Source: a bacterium
Lineage (GTDB): Bacteria > Electryoneota > Electryoneia > Electryoneales > Electryoneaceae
Length of the DNA stretch: 64,000 bases
Reading direction: 5' to 3'
NCBI GenBank assembly: GCA_963675295.2
Contig: CAXXKJ010000002.1
Span: forward strand, 4,448,001 to 4,512,000
Made by a program: the position numbers and the translations under genes. The notes beneath the pieces are model-generated. The model was not told the DNA's origin and did no database searches. It worked only from the letters and a program-made list of their open reading frames with translations. Positions 41,013 through 53,725 of this stretch are shown piece by piece; position 1 is the stretch's first letter, and the number at the start of each line of letters is the position of its first letter.

Positions 41013-41488
41013 CGTTCCATCAAGTTTTGCAGGTCCAGGGTATAGCTCACCGCCGTACAGAGATGTGCAGCGAGGCATCGAGAGGGGAGGCTCTGTGCCG
41101 CGGGAAATCCTGGAAACTCAATGGCGATCCCGGCGAGGTGCCGGTGTCGGGGGAAAGGGTGTGCTGGGAATCAGCGCGACCCTAAAGGGAGCAACCGTGG
41201 CTTCCGGCGGCGTTCAGCCGACCAGACGATTCATCAAGTGGGTTCGTACGATGTTCATGGTTCACGCTCCCGGCGTGGTGAAATGTCGCATGGCGACGAA
41301 AACTTGTATCTGAAGTTGGGACAGTGGCCAGACAACGGGCGGAAAATGTAGACGCTTGACGATGATAAAATCCAGAGGGTGACTCGAATTGGCTCCCGGG
41401 GCTCTTGGTAGGTGTGAGGTGTGAGGTTTGAGGAAGTTGGCCGTGTCCGACAAGCAGACACGGCCATAGGTAGTTCACAATTCGTATT

Positions 41489-41530
41489 TCACATCTCACA
41501 TCTCACATCTCACATATCAGATCTCAGATC
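41489..41530. repeat. Heptamer tandem repeat (TCACATC-like)x6
   Basis: tcacatc tcacatc tcacatc tcacata tcagatc tcagatc, downstream of the 41536 stop. Confidence 0.85.
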
Positions 41531-41535
41531 ACGAG

Positions 41536-42333
41536 TCACTTCTTCTTCTTCCCCATCAGGCGTCCGAACAGGCCACGGCGGCGTTCTTCGGATTGTTTAT
41601 CGTCTTCCGAGAAGTTGAACGTCGACTTCTTGGAGTCCTTCTCCTCCGGTCCGAGCAGCAGGTCGGTGATGTCTTCGCGTCCTTCTTCAACATCATCACC
41701 GGCCATCAGCGAGCTCTGCGGCGGTTTATGATCGTAGCTGTACTGTCCGGTGAACGCGCGCGGAATTGGCGGTTGTTCCGGCAGGTTGCGGTTGATCAGG
41801 ATACGCACCGCGAGGAACATCCGGTAGCCCGTATCCGGTTCGGAGTCGAACAGGTTTCGCACCGGACGGTCGAGCGCTTTCGCCATCGGTTCGAACGGTT
41901 CATCCCCCGGTGGAGGCAGGATCAGGATCGGTGTCTTTTTCAGCTCACTGCCGACACGCTTGAGCATCGTGTCATATTCCACCAGACCCTGCTTGCCGAG
42001 CTCGAGATCTTCAGAGATGAAGAACGCCAACCCGCGGCAATCCTTCAGCAGCTTGTCCCACGTCGACGCGGCCGGATCATCAGACGCCGGGCACCACAGG
42101 TGCGCGGTGACGGCGTTCTTGAACGACGTTTCCGTCAGCCCGTAGCAGTAGAGTTCCATGTGCCACAGGGTGTCGTTCCCGTGAGTGACGGTTTCCAGTT
42201 CGCCGCGGAACCGTTCCGGAGTCAGCTCATACAGCTTCTTGAATGCCAGCCTGGCGGCGGGCAGATTGGTGCCGGCAAAGACAACATTCAGAGTTTCGAT
42301 CTTCGGTTTCTCACTGCCGCCATTGGCGCTCAT
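41536..42333 (-). CDS. Hypothetical protein resembling an MglA-type small GTPase with degenerate motifs
   Basis: GGAAGAGG RBS; pattern VVFAG..L...LY..T...RG.L...HL...LLK...G..F...G.EL.KTP parallels MglA, but there is no GKT/NKxD. Confidence 0.55.
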   Translation of the reverse strand: MSANGGSEKPKIETLNVVFAGTNLPAARLAFKKLYELTPERFRGELETVTHGNDTLWHMELYCYGLTETSFKNAVTAHLWCPASDDPAASTWDKLLKDCRGLAFFISEDLELGKQGLVEYDTMLKRVGSELKKTPILILPPPGDEPFEPMAKALDRPVRNLFDSEPDTGYRMFLAVRILINRNLPEQPPIPRAFTGQYSYDHKPPQSSLMAGDDVEEGREDITDLLLGPEEKDSKKSTFNFSEDDKQSEERRRGLFGRLMGKKKK

Positions 42334-42531
42334 CCCTCTTCCTCCGCAATCATCAAGCTGCTTCGCAGCAAGCAGAGTACAAAGATCGCACGCACGCAGG
42401 CAAGCATCAATCCCGTTTCACGGTGCCGGTTTCCCCGGCTCCATCCAACGATTGAAGACGCTGGCACTTTTCCGCGTGTACCGCGTACCCTGTACAGGGA
42501 ATGTCACCCTCAAACGATACGCGAGACAAGC

Positions 42532-43440
42532 ATGAAAATCCTGATAACTGGTTCCAGCGGTCTCATTGGCGGTGTGTTGATGCAACGTTTGGCGGCGGAC
42601 GGTCACGAAATCGTTCGCCTGATTCGCCGGCCGGTCCGTGATCCGGAGCATGAGCTGCGCTGGTCACCTCGCCATGGCCGGATCGACCGGGATGGCGTCG
42701 CGAACGTGGACGCCGTGATCCATCTCGCCGGCAAGAATGTCGCGGCGGGACGCTGGAACGACCGTCTCAAGCAGGAGATCCAGGACAGCCGTGTCGAGTC
42801 GACACAGCTGCTGGCGAACACGATGGCCGAGCTTCGCAGGGAAGGCCGCGGACCGTCAATTCTGCTCAGCACCTCGGCGACCGGGTTTTACGGTAGCCGT
42901 GGGGACGACACGCTGACCGAGTCCGCCTCCCCGGGCGAAGGATTCCTCGCCGATGTGTGCATGGACTGGGAGGATGCGACCAAACCTGCGCGGGATGCTG
43001 GTGTGCGTGTCGCAAACCTGCGGTTGGGCGTGGTGCTCACCCGTGATGGCGGCATGTTGCCGAAGCTGGAACCGATATTCCGGCTCGGGCTCGGCGGTCC
43101 GCTCGGAGACGGCCGGCAGTGGTTCCCGTGGGTGCATGTGGACGATGTCGCCGATGTCTTTGCGTTTGCGTTGACGGAGGACTCGCTCAGCGGACCGGTC
43201 AATGTCACCGCGCCAAATCCGGTGCGTCACGGGGAGTTTGTCAAGGCATTGGGCAAGGTGCTGAACCGCCCCACGGTCATCCCGGTCCCGGCGCCACTGG
43301 TCGAGTTGGCGATGGGCAAAGAAATGGCGCGCGACATGGTGCTGGCGTCCCAACGTGTAATCCCGGCGAAGCTTGTCGAACACGGGTATGCGTTCCGCTA
43401 TGCGCAGGTGGACGAGGCGTTGCGGGCGGCGGTGGGGTAA
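42532..43440 (+). CDS. TIGR01777-family NAD-dependent epimerase (YfcH/SulA-like)
   Basis: MKILITGSSGLIG, HLAG, SRV.ST, SATGFYG, GFLADVC..WE, GDGRQWFPWVH, SQRVIP. Confidence 0.92.
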   Translation: MKILITGSSGLIGGVLMQRLAADGHEIVRLIRRPVRDPEHELRWSPRHGRIDRDGVANVDAVIHLAGKNVAAGRWNDRLKQEIQDSRVESTQLLANTMAELRREGRGPSILLSTSATGFYGSRGDDTLTESASPGEGFLADVCMDWEDATKPARDAGVRVANLRLGVVLTRDGGMLPKLEPIFRLGLGGPLGDGRQWFPWVHVDDVADVFAFALTEDSLSGPVNVTAPNPVRHGEFVKALGKVLNRPTVIPVPAPLVELAMGKEMARDMVLASQRVIPAKLVEHGYAFRYAQVDEALRAAVG

Positions 43441-43446
43441 ATCGGA

Positions 43447-43536
43447 CTGTGGGCAGTGGGCTGTGGGCAGTGGGCTGCGGGCAGTGGGCAGTGGGCTGTG
43501 GGCAGTGGGCTGTGGGCTGCGGGCTGCGGGCTGCGG
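43447..43536. repeat. Heptamer tandem repeat (C(T/A)G(T/C)GGG) about 13 copies
   Basis: ctgtggg/cagtggg/ctgcggg units just after the stop at 43440. Confidence 0.9.
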
Positions 43537-43582
43537 AAGCGCTACTTGCCACGGACTTAAGTCCGTGGTAAGTCAGGTGGTA

Positions 43583-43694
43583 GTCATCCTGACGTCGCAG
43601 GCGGAAGGACCTGCTTTCCAGACCGTTGAGAGTGTGCCAGCGCGGAAATGATTCCGGTAAGTCCTGCCAGATTCTTCACTTCGTTCAGAATGAC
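43583..43694. repeat. REPIN-like element, GTCATCCTGA family
   Basis: GTCATCCTGACG..GAAGGACCT ... AGATTCTTCACTTCGTTCAGAATGAC. Confidence 0.75.
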
Positions 43695-43805
43695 ACCCTT
43701 CAGTACATCGTCATTCAAGCAATAGAGAAATGGCCGTATCGGCATGAATGCTGACACGGCCATGTTGTTTCACTGACTACTGATCACTGACAACTGACCA
43801 CTGTC

Positions 43806-44987
43806 TTAGTTCACCATCTTGATACTGGCGTCCAGTTTCGGATCGGTGATCGGCACTGCCGGGTGTTTCGTGAAGTTCATCCAGAACAGCCAGACGAAGA
43901 TCCCGCCCATGCCGAGCAAGGTGGTCAGGTCCATCCACGACAGCACCACGGTTTCGGTGTGGAAGACCGGCATGATGTTCCAGTACAGGTCGACCCAGTG
44001 GACGAGGAACATCCAGACGGCGAACGTGATCAGGGATGCGCTCGACCGTTTCGCGCTCCGTCCCATCAGCAGGATGAACGGTATCACGAAACCACCAATG
44101 ATCAGAATCCAGCTCATCGTGGTCCAGCCCGCACCCCAGCGATCCTTGTAGAAGGCGGTTTCTTCGGGCAGGTTTGCATACCAGATCAGCAGGTACTGAC
44201 TCAGGTGCATGTAGCCCCAGAAGACGAGGAACGCGAACAGCAGCTTGCCGATATCGTGCTGGTGTTCGACGGTGATCGTTTCGCTGAGCACGTTGTTGTT
44301 CCGCAGGCGCAGCACGACGATCGAGTAGAACGCCATAACGGTGGTAATCCCGCCGGCGAAGAACCACAGGCCGTAGATGGTGGAATACCACAGCGGCTGC
44401 AGGCTCATGATCCAGTCGAAGCAGAAGAAGGTGGCGGTCAACGCGAACGCGATCATGCCGGGGCCGCTGATGACGACGAACTTCTTCGCGCGTTCTTCGG
44501 TCCACTGCTTGTCCTGCGCGAGCGAGGTCCGTTTCAGCAGGAACGCGAGCAGCGCCCAGACCGCGAAGTAGATCACCGAGCGCACGATGAAGAAGGGCAC
44601 ACTGAGGTAACCGGCTTTCTTCGTCAATGCGACATCGGCGGCGACGTGGTTCGCATCGGTCCAGATGAACAGCTTATCGAGCCCGAACAGCAGCGGAATC
44701 GCGAGCAGTGTCATCCAAGGGAGCGCACTCATGACCGCCTCGCCGATCCGTCTCACCGCAACACTCCACACTGCACTGGTGAGGTGATGGACCATGGTCA
44801 TGAACAGGCCACCGAGGCCAATGCTGATCCAGAAGGCAAAGGCGATCAGCCACGAGAAGTAGAACTGCCCGGCATTCACGAACAGGCCCACCAGGCTCAC
44901 CGCCAGCCCGATGACGCCAACGATCAGCGCGATCTTGCCGGTGTTGCCCTTGTCCGTGAAAGTGTATGTGGTAGAATCGAACTTCAT
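43806..44987 (-). CDS. actF: Alternative complex III membrane subunit ActF
   Basis: Polytopic; DWIMSL.P.WYSTIYG, HDIGKLLFAF..FWGY...SQYLLIWYANLPEE; last gene of the act cluster. Confidence 0.9.
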   Translation of the reverse strand: MKFDSTTYTFTDKGNTGKIALIVGVIGLAVSLVGLFVNAGQFYFSWLIAFAFWISIGLGGLFMTMVHHLTSAVWSVAVRRIGEAVMSALPWMTLLAIPLLFGLDKLFIWTDANHVAADVALTKKAGYLSVPFFIVRSVIYFAVWALLAFLLKRTSLAQDKQWTEERAKKFVVISGPGMIAFALTATFFCFDWIMSLQPLWYSTIYGLWFFAGGITTVMAFYSIVVLRLRNNNVLSETITVEHQHDIGKLLFAFLVFWGYMHLSQYLLIWYANLPEETAFYKDRWGAGWTTMSWILIIGGFVIPFILLMGRSAKRSSASLITFAVWMFLVHWVDLYWNIMPVFHTETVVLSWMDLTTLLGMGGIFVWLFWMNFTKHPAVPITDPKLDASIKMVN

Positions 44988-45031
44988 TTCGATCCCTTGT
45001 TCTGCCCCGGCGGAAGTTCCGGGGGCTGGTC

Positions 45032-45652
45032 TCACTCGAAACGGTCCCGTTGTTCCTCGGGCACATCACTCACCGATCCGGCCTGGCTGCGCTGCAACGC
45101 ACGGACATACTGCACGATCTTCCAGCGATCTTCGACCGGAATCTGGTTCGCATAGCCCGGCATGTTGCGGATGCCGTTGCTGATCACGTCGTAGTAGTGC
45201 CCGTCAGGACGGCTGAGCAGCGGCTCTTCGTGATAGCTCGGCGGCAACTGGTACTGCTTTTCGACCATGATCGACCGGCCGGAACCATCGGAAGCGTGAC
45301 ACACGGCGCAGTAGATCTCGAAGCGTTCCTTGCCCCGTGCGAGGCTGGTCGCGGAAATCGACACCGGGATGTAGTCGATCGGTTCATCGGTGCCCGGCTT
45401 CATGCCGCGGAAGTACGGATCGTCTTCCGGCAACCGCATTTCGCCACGCGCGATCGTGCCTTCCACCGGCGAACGGTCCGATTTGCCATCGGCGAAGAAC
45501 TCGCTCTCCGCCTGCGGCAGGAATTTCGGCTGGTTGTCCATGTTCGGGTTGACATGGATCGGCGGCTTATCCTTCGGCTTGCCCTGGCAACCGAGCATGG
45601 CAACGGCGAATACGAGGATCAGAGCCGCGCGGATGAGAGTACGCACTGTCAT
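45032..45652 (-). CDS. actE: Alternative complex III monoheme cytochrome c lipoprotein ActE
   Basis: Lipobox MLG-C; NMDNQPK, PVEGTIARG, CAVCH, NMPGY. Confidence 0.9.
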   Translation of the reverse strand: MTVRTLIRAALILVFAVAMLGCQGKPKDKPPIHVNPNMDNQPKFLPQAESEFFADGKSDRSPVEGTIARGEMRLPEDDPYFRGMKPGTDEPIDYIPVSISATSLARGKERFEIYCAVCHASDGSGRSIMVEKQYQLPPSYHEEPLLSRPDGHYYDVISNGIRNMPGYANQIPVEDRWKIVQYVRALQRSQAGSVSDVPEEQRDRFE

Positions 45653-46221
45653 TTCTCCTCCAGCAGCTCAATGTTCGTCCCGCCGATGCTCCGCAGAAAA
45701 TCCTGTGTCTTCTGCGCATCGAACTGCGGATCTTTCGCCATCACGCTGATGAAGAATCCGTCATCACTCGCCCGGTCGAAGGTGTCCGAAAAGAACACCG
45801 GGTGGTGGTACGCCTGCTTGATGAAAAAGGTCATGCCGATCACGGTGCTCAACACGGAGAACAGCACCGCGAACGCGAAGGTGATCGGAAAGAACGCCAC
45901 ATGGCTGAACAGTGGCTTCCCGGACAGCACCAGCGGGTAGGCCTCCGCCGAGGTCCACCACTGCAGGGTGAGCGCGCCTGCAAACCCGACGAAGGCGAAG
46001 AACGCGACCACCCACGGGAGTTTTGATCGTTTTTCACCCATCGCCCCGTCCATACCATGGATCGGGAACGGGCTGTGTGTATCCCACTTCGTGAACCCGG
46101 CATCACGCACCTTTTCGGCGGCATGCATCAGGTCCGCGGGATCCTTGAACTGGGCCAGCGCCCCATGCACGACTGGAGTGTGCGCCGCGCCGGCCACGGC
46201 TTCATTCGCCGCCATCGTCAC
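45649..46221 (-). CDS. actD: Alternative complex III subunit ActD (DUF3341)
   Basis: [28 protein letters not shown]. Confidence 0.9.
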   Translation of the reverse strand: MTMAANEAVAGAAHTPVVHGALAQFKDPADLMHAAEKVRDAGFTKWDTHSPFPIHGMDGAMGEKRSKLPWVVAFFAFVGFAGALTLQWWTSAEAYPLVLSGKPLFSHVAFFPITFAFAVLFSVLSTVIGMTFFIKQAYHHPVFFSDTFDRASDDGFFISVMAKDPQFDAQKTQDFLRSIGGTNIELLEEK

Positions 46222-47636
46222 GCCTCCTTTTCCGTTGCATGGTGATAGCTCTCGTGGTGCGGATCAGCCTCCGGCATCACGCCCTTCACCTCCGCCATCG
46301 CAACCATCGGCACGAAGCGCAGGAAGAGCAGGAACAGGGTGAAGAAGAGGCCGAAACTGCCGACGAGGAAGCCGATGTCGAACGCCGTCGGCTTGAACAT
46401 GTCCCAACTCGACGGCAGGAAGTCACGGTGCAGGGTCAGAACGATTACGAACCGTTCGAACCACATACCGATGTTGACGAAGATCGAGGCGACGAACAGC
46501 ACCGGGATCGAGGTACGCAGCTTCTTGAACCAGAACAGCTGCGGGATGATCACGTTGCACGAGACCATGATCCAGTAGGCCCAGGCGTACGGTCCGAATG
46601 CGCGATTCAGGAAGACGAACTGTTCGTACCCATTCCCCGAATACCACGCGATGAACATCTCCATGCCATACGCGTACCCGACCATCATGCCGGTCAGCAT
46701 GATCACCTTCGCCATCAGCTCGAGGGTTTTGACGGTGATGTAATTTTTCACCGGCGGGTAGACAAGTCTGGCAAGAATCCCCAACGTCATCACCATCCCG
46801 AAGCCGGAGAAAATCGCGCCGGCGACGAAATAGGGCGGGAAGATGGTGGTGTGCCAACCAAAGACCATCGAGGTCGCGAAGTCGGTTGAAACGACGGAGT
46901 GCACAGACAGCACCAGCGGTGTCGCGATGCCCGCGAGCAGCAGGTACGCGGCTTCGTAATGCTTCCACTGGGAGTTGCCGCTGCGCCATCCGAGGGCGAG
47001 GAAACCGTAAATCTTCTTCGGCCAGCCCTTGGCGCGGTCACGGAGCGTCGCCCAGTCCGGGACGAGGCCGGTGTACCAGAACAGCAGCGAGGCGGTGAAG
47101 TACGTTCCGACCGCGAACACGTCCCACATCAGCGCGGAACGGAAGTTCGGCCACATCGCCATCTGGTTCGGAATCGGGAACATCCAGTAGGCGACCCAGA
47201 TACGGCCGACGTGGATGCCCGGGAAGATGCCGGCGCAGATGACCGCGAAGATGGTCATCGCCTCCGCGAAGCGGTTGATCGACGTTCTCCATTTCTGCCG
47301 CAGCAGGAAGAGGACGGCTGAGATCAACGTGCCGGCGTGTCCAATACCGACCCAGAAGACGAAGTTGACGATCGGCCAGCCCCAGCCGACCGGAACGTTG
47401 TTGCCCCAGATTCCGACGCCGGTCCAGAACAGCCAGGCCATCTGGATGAAGAACGCTCCCGCCATTGAGACGGAAATGCCCAGCGCCACCCACCACCAGA
47501 TCGGCGTGTCGCGTCGTTCCACGATCCCGCTGATCTGGTCGGTAACGTCATGGAAACTCGGGTTCCCGAGGACGAGTTTCGGCGGTTTCCATTTCTGGAC
47601 CGTCGCACTCGTCGATGTTGAAGTCGTCGCGCTCAC
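46218..47636 (-). CDS. actC: Alternative complex III NrfD-family quinol-binding subunit ActC
   Basis: [55 protein letters not shown]. Confidence 0.95.
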   Translation of the reverse strand: MSATTSTSTSATVQKWKPPKLVLGNPSFHDVTDQISGIVERRDTPIWWWVALGISVSMAGAFFIQMAWLFWTGVGIWGNNVPVGWGWPIVNFVFWVGIGHAGTLISAVLFLLRQKWRTSINRFAEAMTIFAVICAGIFPGIHVGRIWVAYWMFPIPNQMAMWPNFRSALMWDVFAVGTYFTASLLFWYTGLVPDWATLRDRAKGWPKKIYGFLALGWRSGNSQWKHYEAAYLLLAGIATPLVLSVHSVVSTDFATSMVFGWHTTIFPPYFVAGAIFSGFGMVMTLGILARLVYPPVKNYITVKTLELMAKVIMLTGMMVGYAYGMEMFIAWYSGNGYEQFVFLNRAFGPYAWAYWIMVSCNVIIPQLFWFKKLRTSIPVLFVASIFVNIGMWFERFVIVLTLHRDFLPSSWDMFKPTAFDIGFLVGSFGLFFTLFLLFLRFVPMVAMAEVKGVMPEADPHHESYHHATEKEA

Positions 47637-47751
47637 GGGGATGCGTTGTCTCCGTTTACGGATGCGATCACGATGGATCTATCGTTGCTGACTTGTTTGT
47701 GTAATCATCCGCGTCTGCAGGCAGACACGGGCACGTTCGTTCAGGTACGTC

Positions 47752-50876
<3,125 letters not shown>

Positions 50877-50889
<13 letters not shown>

Positions 50890-51524
50890 GCGCTGCAGTC
50901 CTCCGGTGGCTGAATGTTCTTGTCCGTTTTCCACTGAGCGACGAATTCGGCATGATCCGTCGGTGGGGTCCATTGCATGTTGGTGATCTCACTGACAGGA
51001 CGCAGCTTGTCGTCCGGGTTGCGGTGACACTCGAGGCACCAGCCCATGGAGAGAGGCTCGACCTGGGTGACGACCTCCATCTCGCGCACGTTTCCGTGGC
51101 ACTCGATACAGCCAACCCCGGCCTGAATGTGTGCCCCATGTGTGAAATAGGCGTAATCGGGAAGCATGTGGACCCGCACCCATTCGATCGGTTCGCCGGT
51201 GTTCCAGCTTTCACGGACCGGCGCAACCTTGGGGTTGTCGATCCCGATCAGGGTGTGGCAATTCATGCACGTTTCGGTGCTGGGGATGTTGGCATGTTCG
51301 GCCACTTCCACATTGGTGTGGCAGTAGCGGCAGTCCATGCCGAGGTCGCCGGCGTGCAGCTTGTGGCTGAATTTGACCGGTTGCTCCGGACGATACCCGA
51401 CGTCGGTATACTTCGGAGAACCCCAGTACCAGAAGAAGAAGGTCGCGAACGCGAGGAACAGTACGCCGCCCATGGCCAGCTCGGGCAGGATACGGTTCAT
51501 CCGCTTCGAAAAGATCTGCGCCAA
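50877..51524 (-). CDS. actA: Alternative complex III pentaheme cytochrome c ActA
   Basis: MAQIF, one TM segment, QPVKFSHKLH, five CxxCH motifs (CRYCH, CMNCH, CIECH, CLECH, CSACH). Confidence 0.93.
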
Positions 51525-52319
51525 GGTGTCGCTGCCTTTCGTCTCTGTGCGGCGAAGGCCGCCAATGCGGATAAGCGCCGGAAGGGCGCACGTTCAATCC
51601 GTACGCACGATTGCGTACAGTTCATGGAAGGTCGATACGGGTGGGTGGGGGGAAGAAATGGTACAGTCAACACGTAAAAAAATCAGATCACATCGTCCCC
51701 TGGTTCGCACCTGGCGTTCCGCGGCCCCCGCTCCCATACCCCCAGGACCCGGTATGTCACGGACAGAGCCGTGACGTACTCGTACAGCTGTCGCCAATCT
51801 ATCCGATTTACCCCCACCGATGCAAGGTTTGTTTGGAGTTGGGTGACCCGAACATTTGTCGGAATTCCTGACAACTTATAGCGTGGGCTAACATCCGCCG
51901 GAATGAAAGGAGCCCGGGCTTTTCCGCATGTGACAGTTCCGCACAAGGTGACCCCGTTCCAAGTATGTCAGGCTCGAATGGTTCTATCTCGGAGAGAACG
52001 GGGTTCATGCGCGAACGCGCGTCTCGCGTGGCTTGCAGTGCCCTCTGTGTTCGTTTCATCCGGTCACAAGATGCAACTTCAATCATTGTGAACATCCCTC
52101 GCCCGCCAGTCCTCCCTCTCGAGGAAAAACGTGAAATAGATTGCAATTTAGGCTTGCGCAAAGAAGCATGAACAATGCAACTTGTAAATGGAGTGGGGGT
52201 GCCAGACTGTCGCCCGGACCAAACTGGTAGAGGGTGATCGTGGCATCTATGTCTTCCCCCACCACCGCTCACTCTGATGGTCGTGTGACCCTCTGCCGTA
52301 GCATAGGAGGGATCGGATT

Positions 52320-53612
52320 ATGAGCGGAAATCGTGGAGTTGTTCTCATCATTGCAGTCCTCCTGTTGTTGCTTCTCCCCCAGGCACGAGCGGATGACATC
52401 CTCAATGTTGAGCTGGTTGGCACTCTGTCAATGAGCGACGCTCCGGGCAAGCTGCTCGGGATGGCGTACGACGGCAACGGGGTGGTGTACATCGCTGCGG
52501 ATCATGCCGGCTTGATTGTGATGGACGTATCCGACCCGGAATGGCCTGTGGAGCTGGCCAATCTCGACATTGATTTCGACCTCACGGATGTCTGTGTCTG
52601 CGACAACTATGCCTTTGTCGCCCACGAATGCGGCCTCAGCGTAATCGACATTACTGACCCCGCCAACCCGGATCTGCTCTCCACTCTGGACATTGAATCG
52701 GAGTCCTTCGGCCTTTGCCTTTGCGGCGAATACGGATACCTGGCGAATGAGGACTATGGCCTGACAGTCGTTGACCTCATCGAGCCGGAGTATCCCGGCG
52801 TGGTAGTCCACCTCGACGACTGGGTCGGGGGAACGGATGCGCGGGTGGTGGATGACTACCTGTACGTAGTCGCCTCCCCTTACCTGCGAGTGTTCGATCT
52901 GACCATGCCGGACATGCCGGATTGGGTTGCCGAAGCGGTTGCAATGATCTGGCCGCAACACCTCTGCGCGAGCGGGGACATGGTGTACCTGACAGGACAT
53001 GTTCAGTATCCGTACCCGGACGGACTGGTCGTGGTCGATATCTCGAATCCGTCCGCTCCGCAGCAACGCGGGACGTACGAGGTGGACGAGATCACGTTCG
53101 ACAACATCATTGCGGATACCGACGGCGAGTATGTCTATCTCAGCGCCGGGCAGAACGGGATGCACGTGCTCGATGTGTCTGATCCGGACAATCCGGAAGC
53201 GGTTGGCTGGTACATCTACGATGATGACGACTGGAAATTCTACGGCCTGACGGTGGGCGACGGTTACATCTACGCGTGGCACGATTACAACTTCGCGGTC
53301 TACCACTTCAGCAGCGCTGCTGTTGCGGATCCGGAAGTCGGGATGCCGGTGACATTCACGCTTGCACCGGTGTATCCGAACCCGTTTAACGCCAATTGCC
53401 TGCTGAACTTTTCGTTGCCGACTCCCGCGCCGGTGACGCTGCGGGTGGTGGATTTGCATGGGCGTGAAGTGCAACGTCTGATCCATCGCACTCTACCTGC
53501 GGGTGAACACGGAGCAGCCTTCTCGGGCGCTGGACTGGCCAGCGGAACCTACTACGCGGTCCTGACCATGGGTGGAGAGTCAATCGTGCGTCCGATGACC
53601 TTGCTCAAGTAG
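52320..53612 (+). CDS. LVIVD repeat protein with T9SS CTD
   Basis: Signal peptide; GLIVMDVSDP, GLSVIDITDP, GLVVVDISNP; YPNPFN...MTLLK. Confidence 0.88.
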   Translation: MSGNRGVVLIIAVLLLLLLPQARADDILNVELVGTLSMSDAPGKLLGMAYDGNGVVYIAADHAGLIVMDVSDPEWPVELANLDIDFDLTDVCVCDNYAFVAHECGLSVIDITDPANPDLLSTLDIESESFGLCLCGEYGYLANEDYGLTVVDLIEPEYPGVVVHLDDWVGGTDARVVDDYLYVVASPYLRVFDLTMPDMPDWVAEAVAMIWPQHLCASGDMVYLTGHVQYPYPDGLVVVDISNPSAPQQRGTYEVDEITFDNIIADTDGEYVYLSAGQNGMHVLDVSDPDNPEAVGWYIYDDDDWKFYGLTVGDGYIYAWHDYNFAVYHFSSAAVADPEVGMPVTFTLAPVYPNPFNANCLLNFSLPTPAPVTLRVVDLHGREVQRLIHRTLPAGEHGAAFSGAGLASGTYYAVLTMGGESIVRPMTLLK

Positions 53613-53677
53613 CAATCAGCCTGCACAAATGAGGTGTGGACACGAATGACAGGGGTGTGGTCGTATGGTGCCGCGAG

Positions 53678-53706
53678 GCCGCCCGGACGGAGGGTGTTCG
53701 GGCGGC
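53678..53706. terminator. Hairpin between convergent T9SS genes
   Basis: GCCGCCCGGAC...GTTCGGGCGGC. Confidence 0.55.
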
Positions 53707-53725
53707 TGTCTCGTTGCGGCGGAGA

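Noticed and set aside
43447-43536. CRISPR-like array
   Set aside because: Only 7-bp tandem units with no unique spacers; no cas genes.
51530-52310. CRP/FNR-like sites or small ORFs in the long intergenic region upstream of actA
   Set aside because: Only partial matches (e.g. TGTGA-N6-GCACA-like near 51929) and no convincing ORF; insufficient support.
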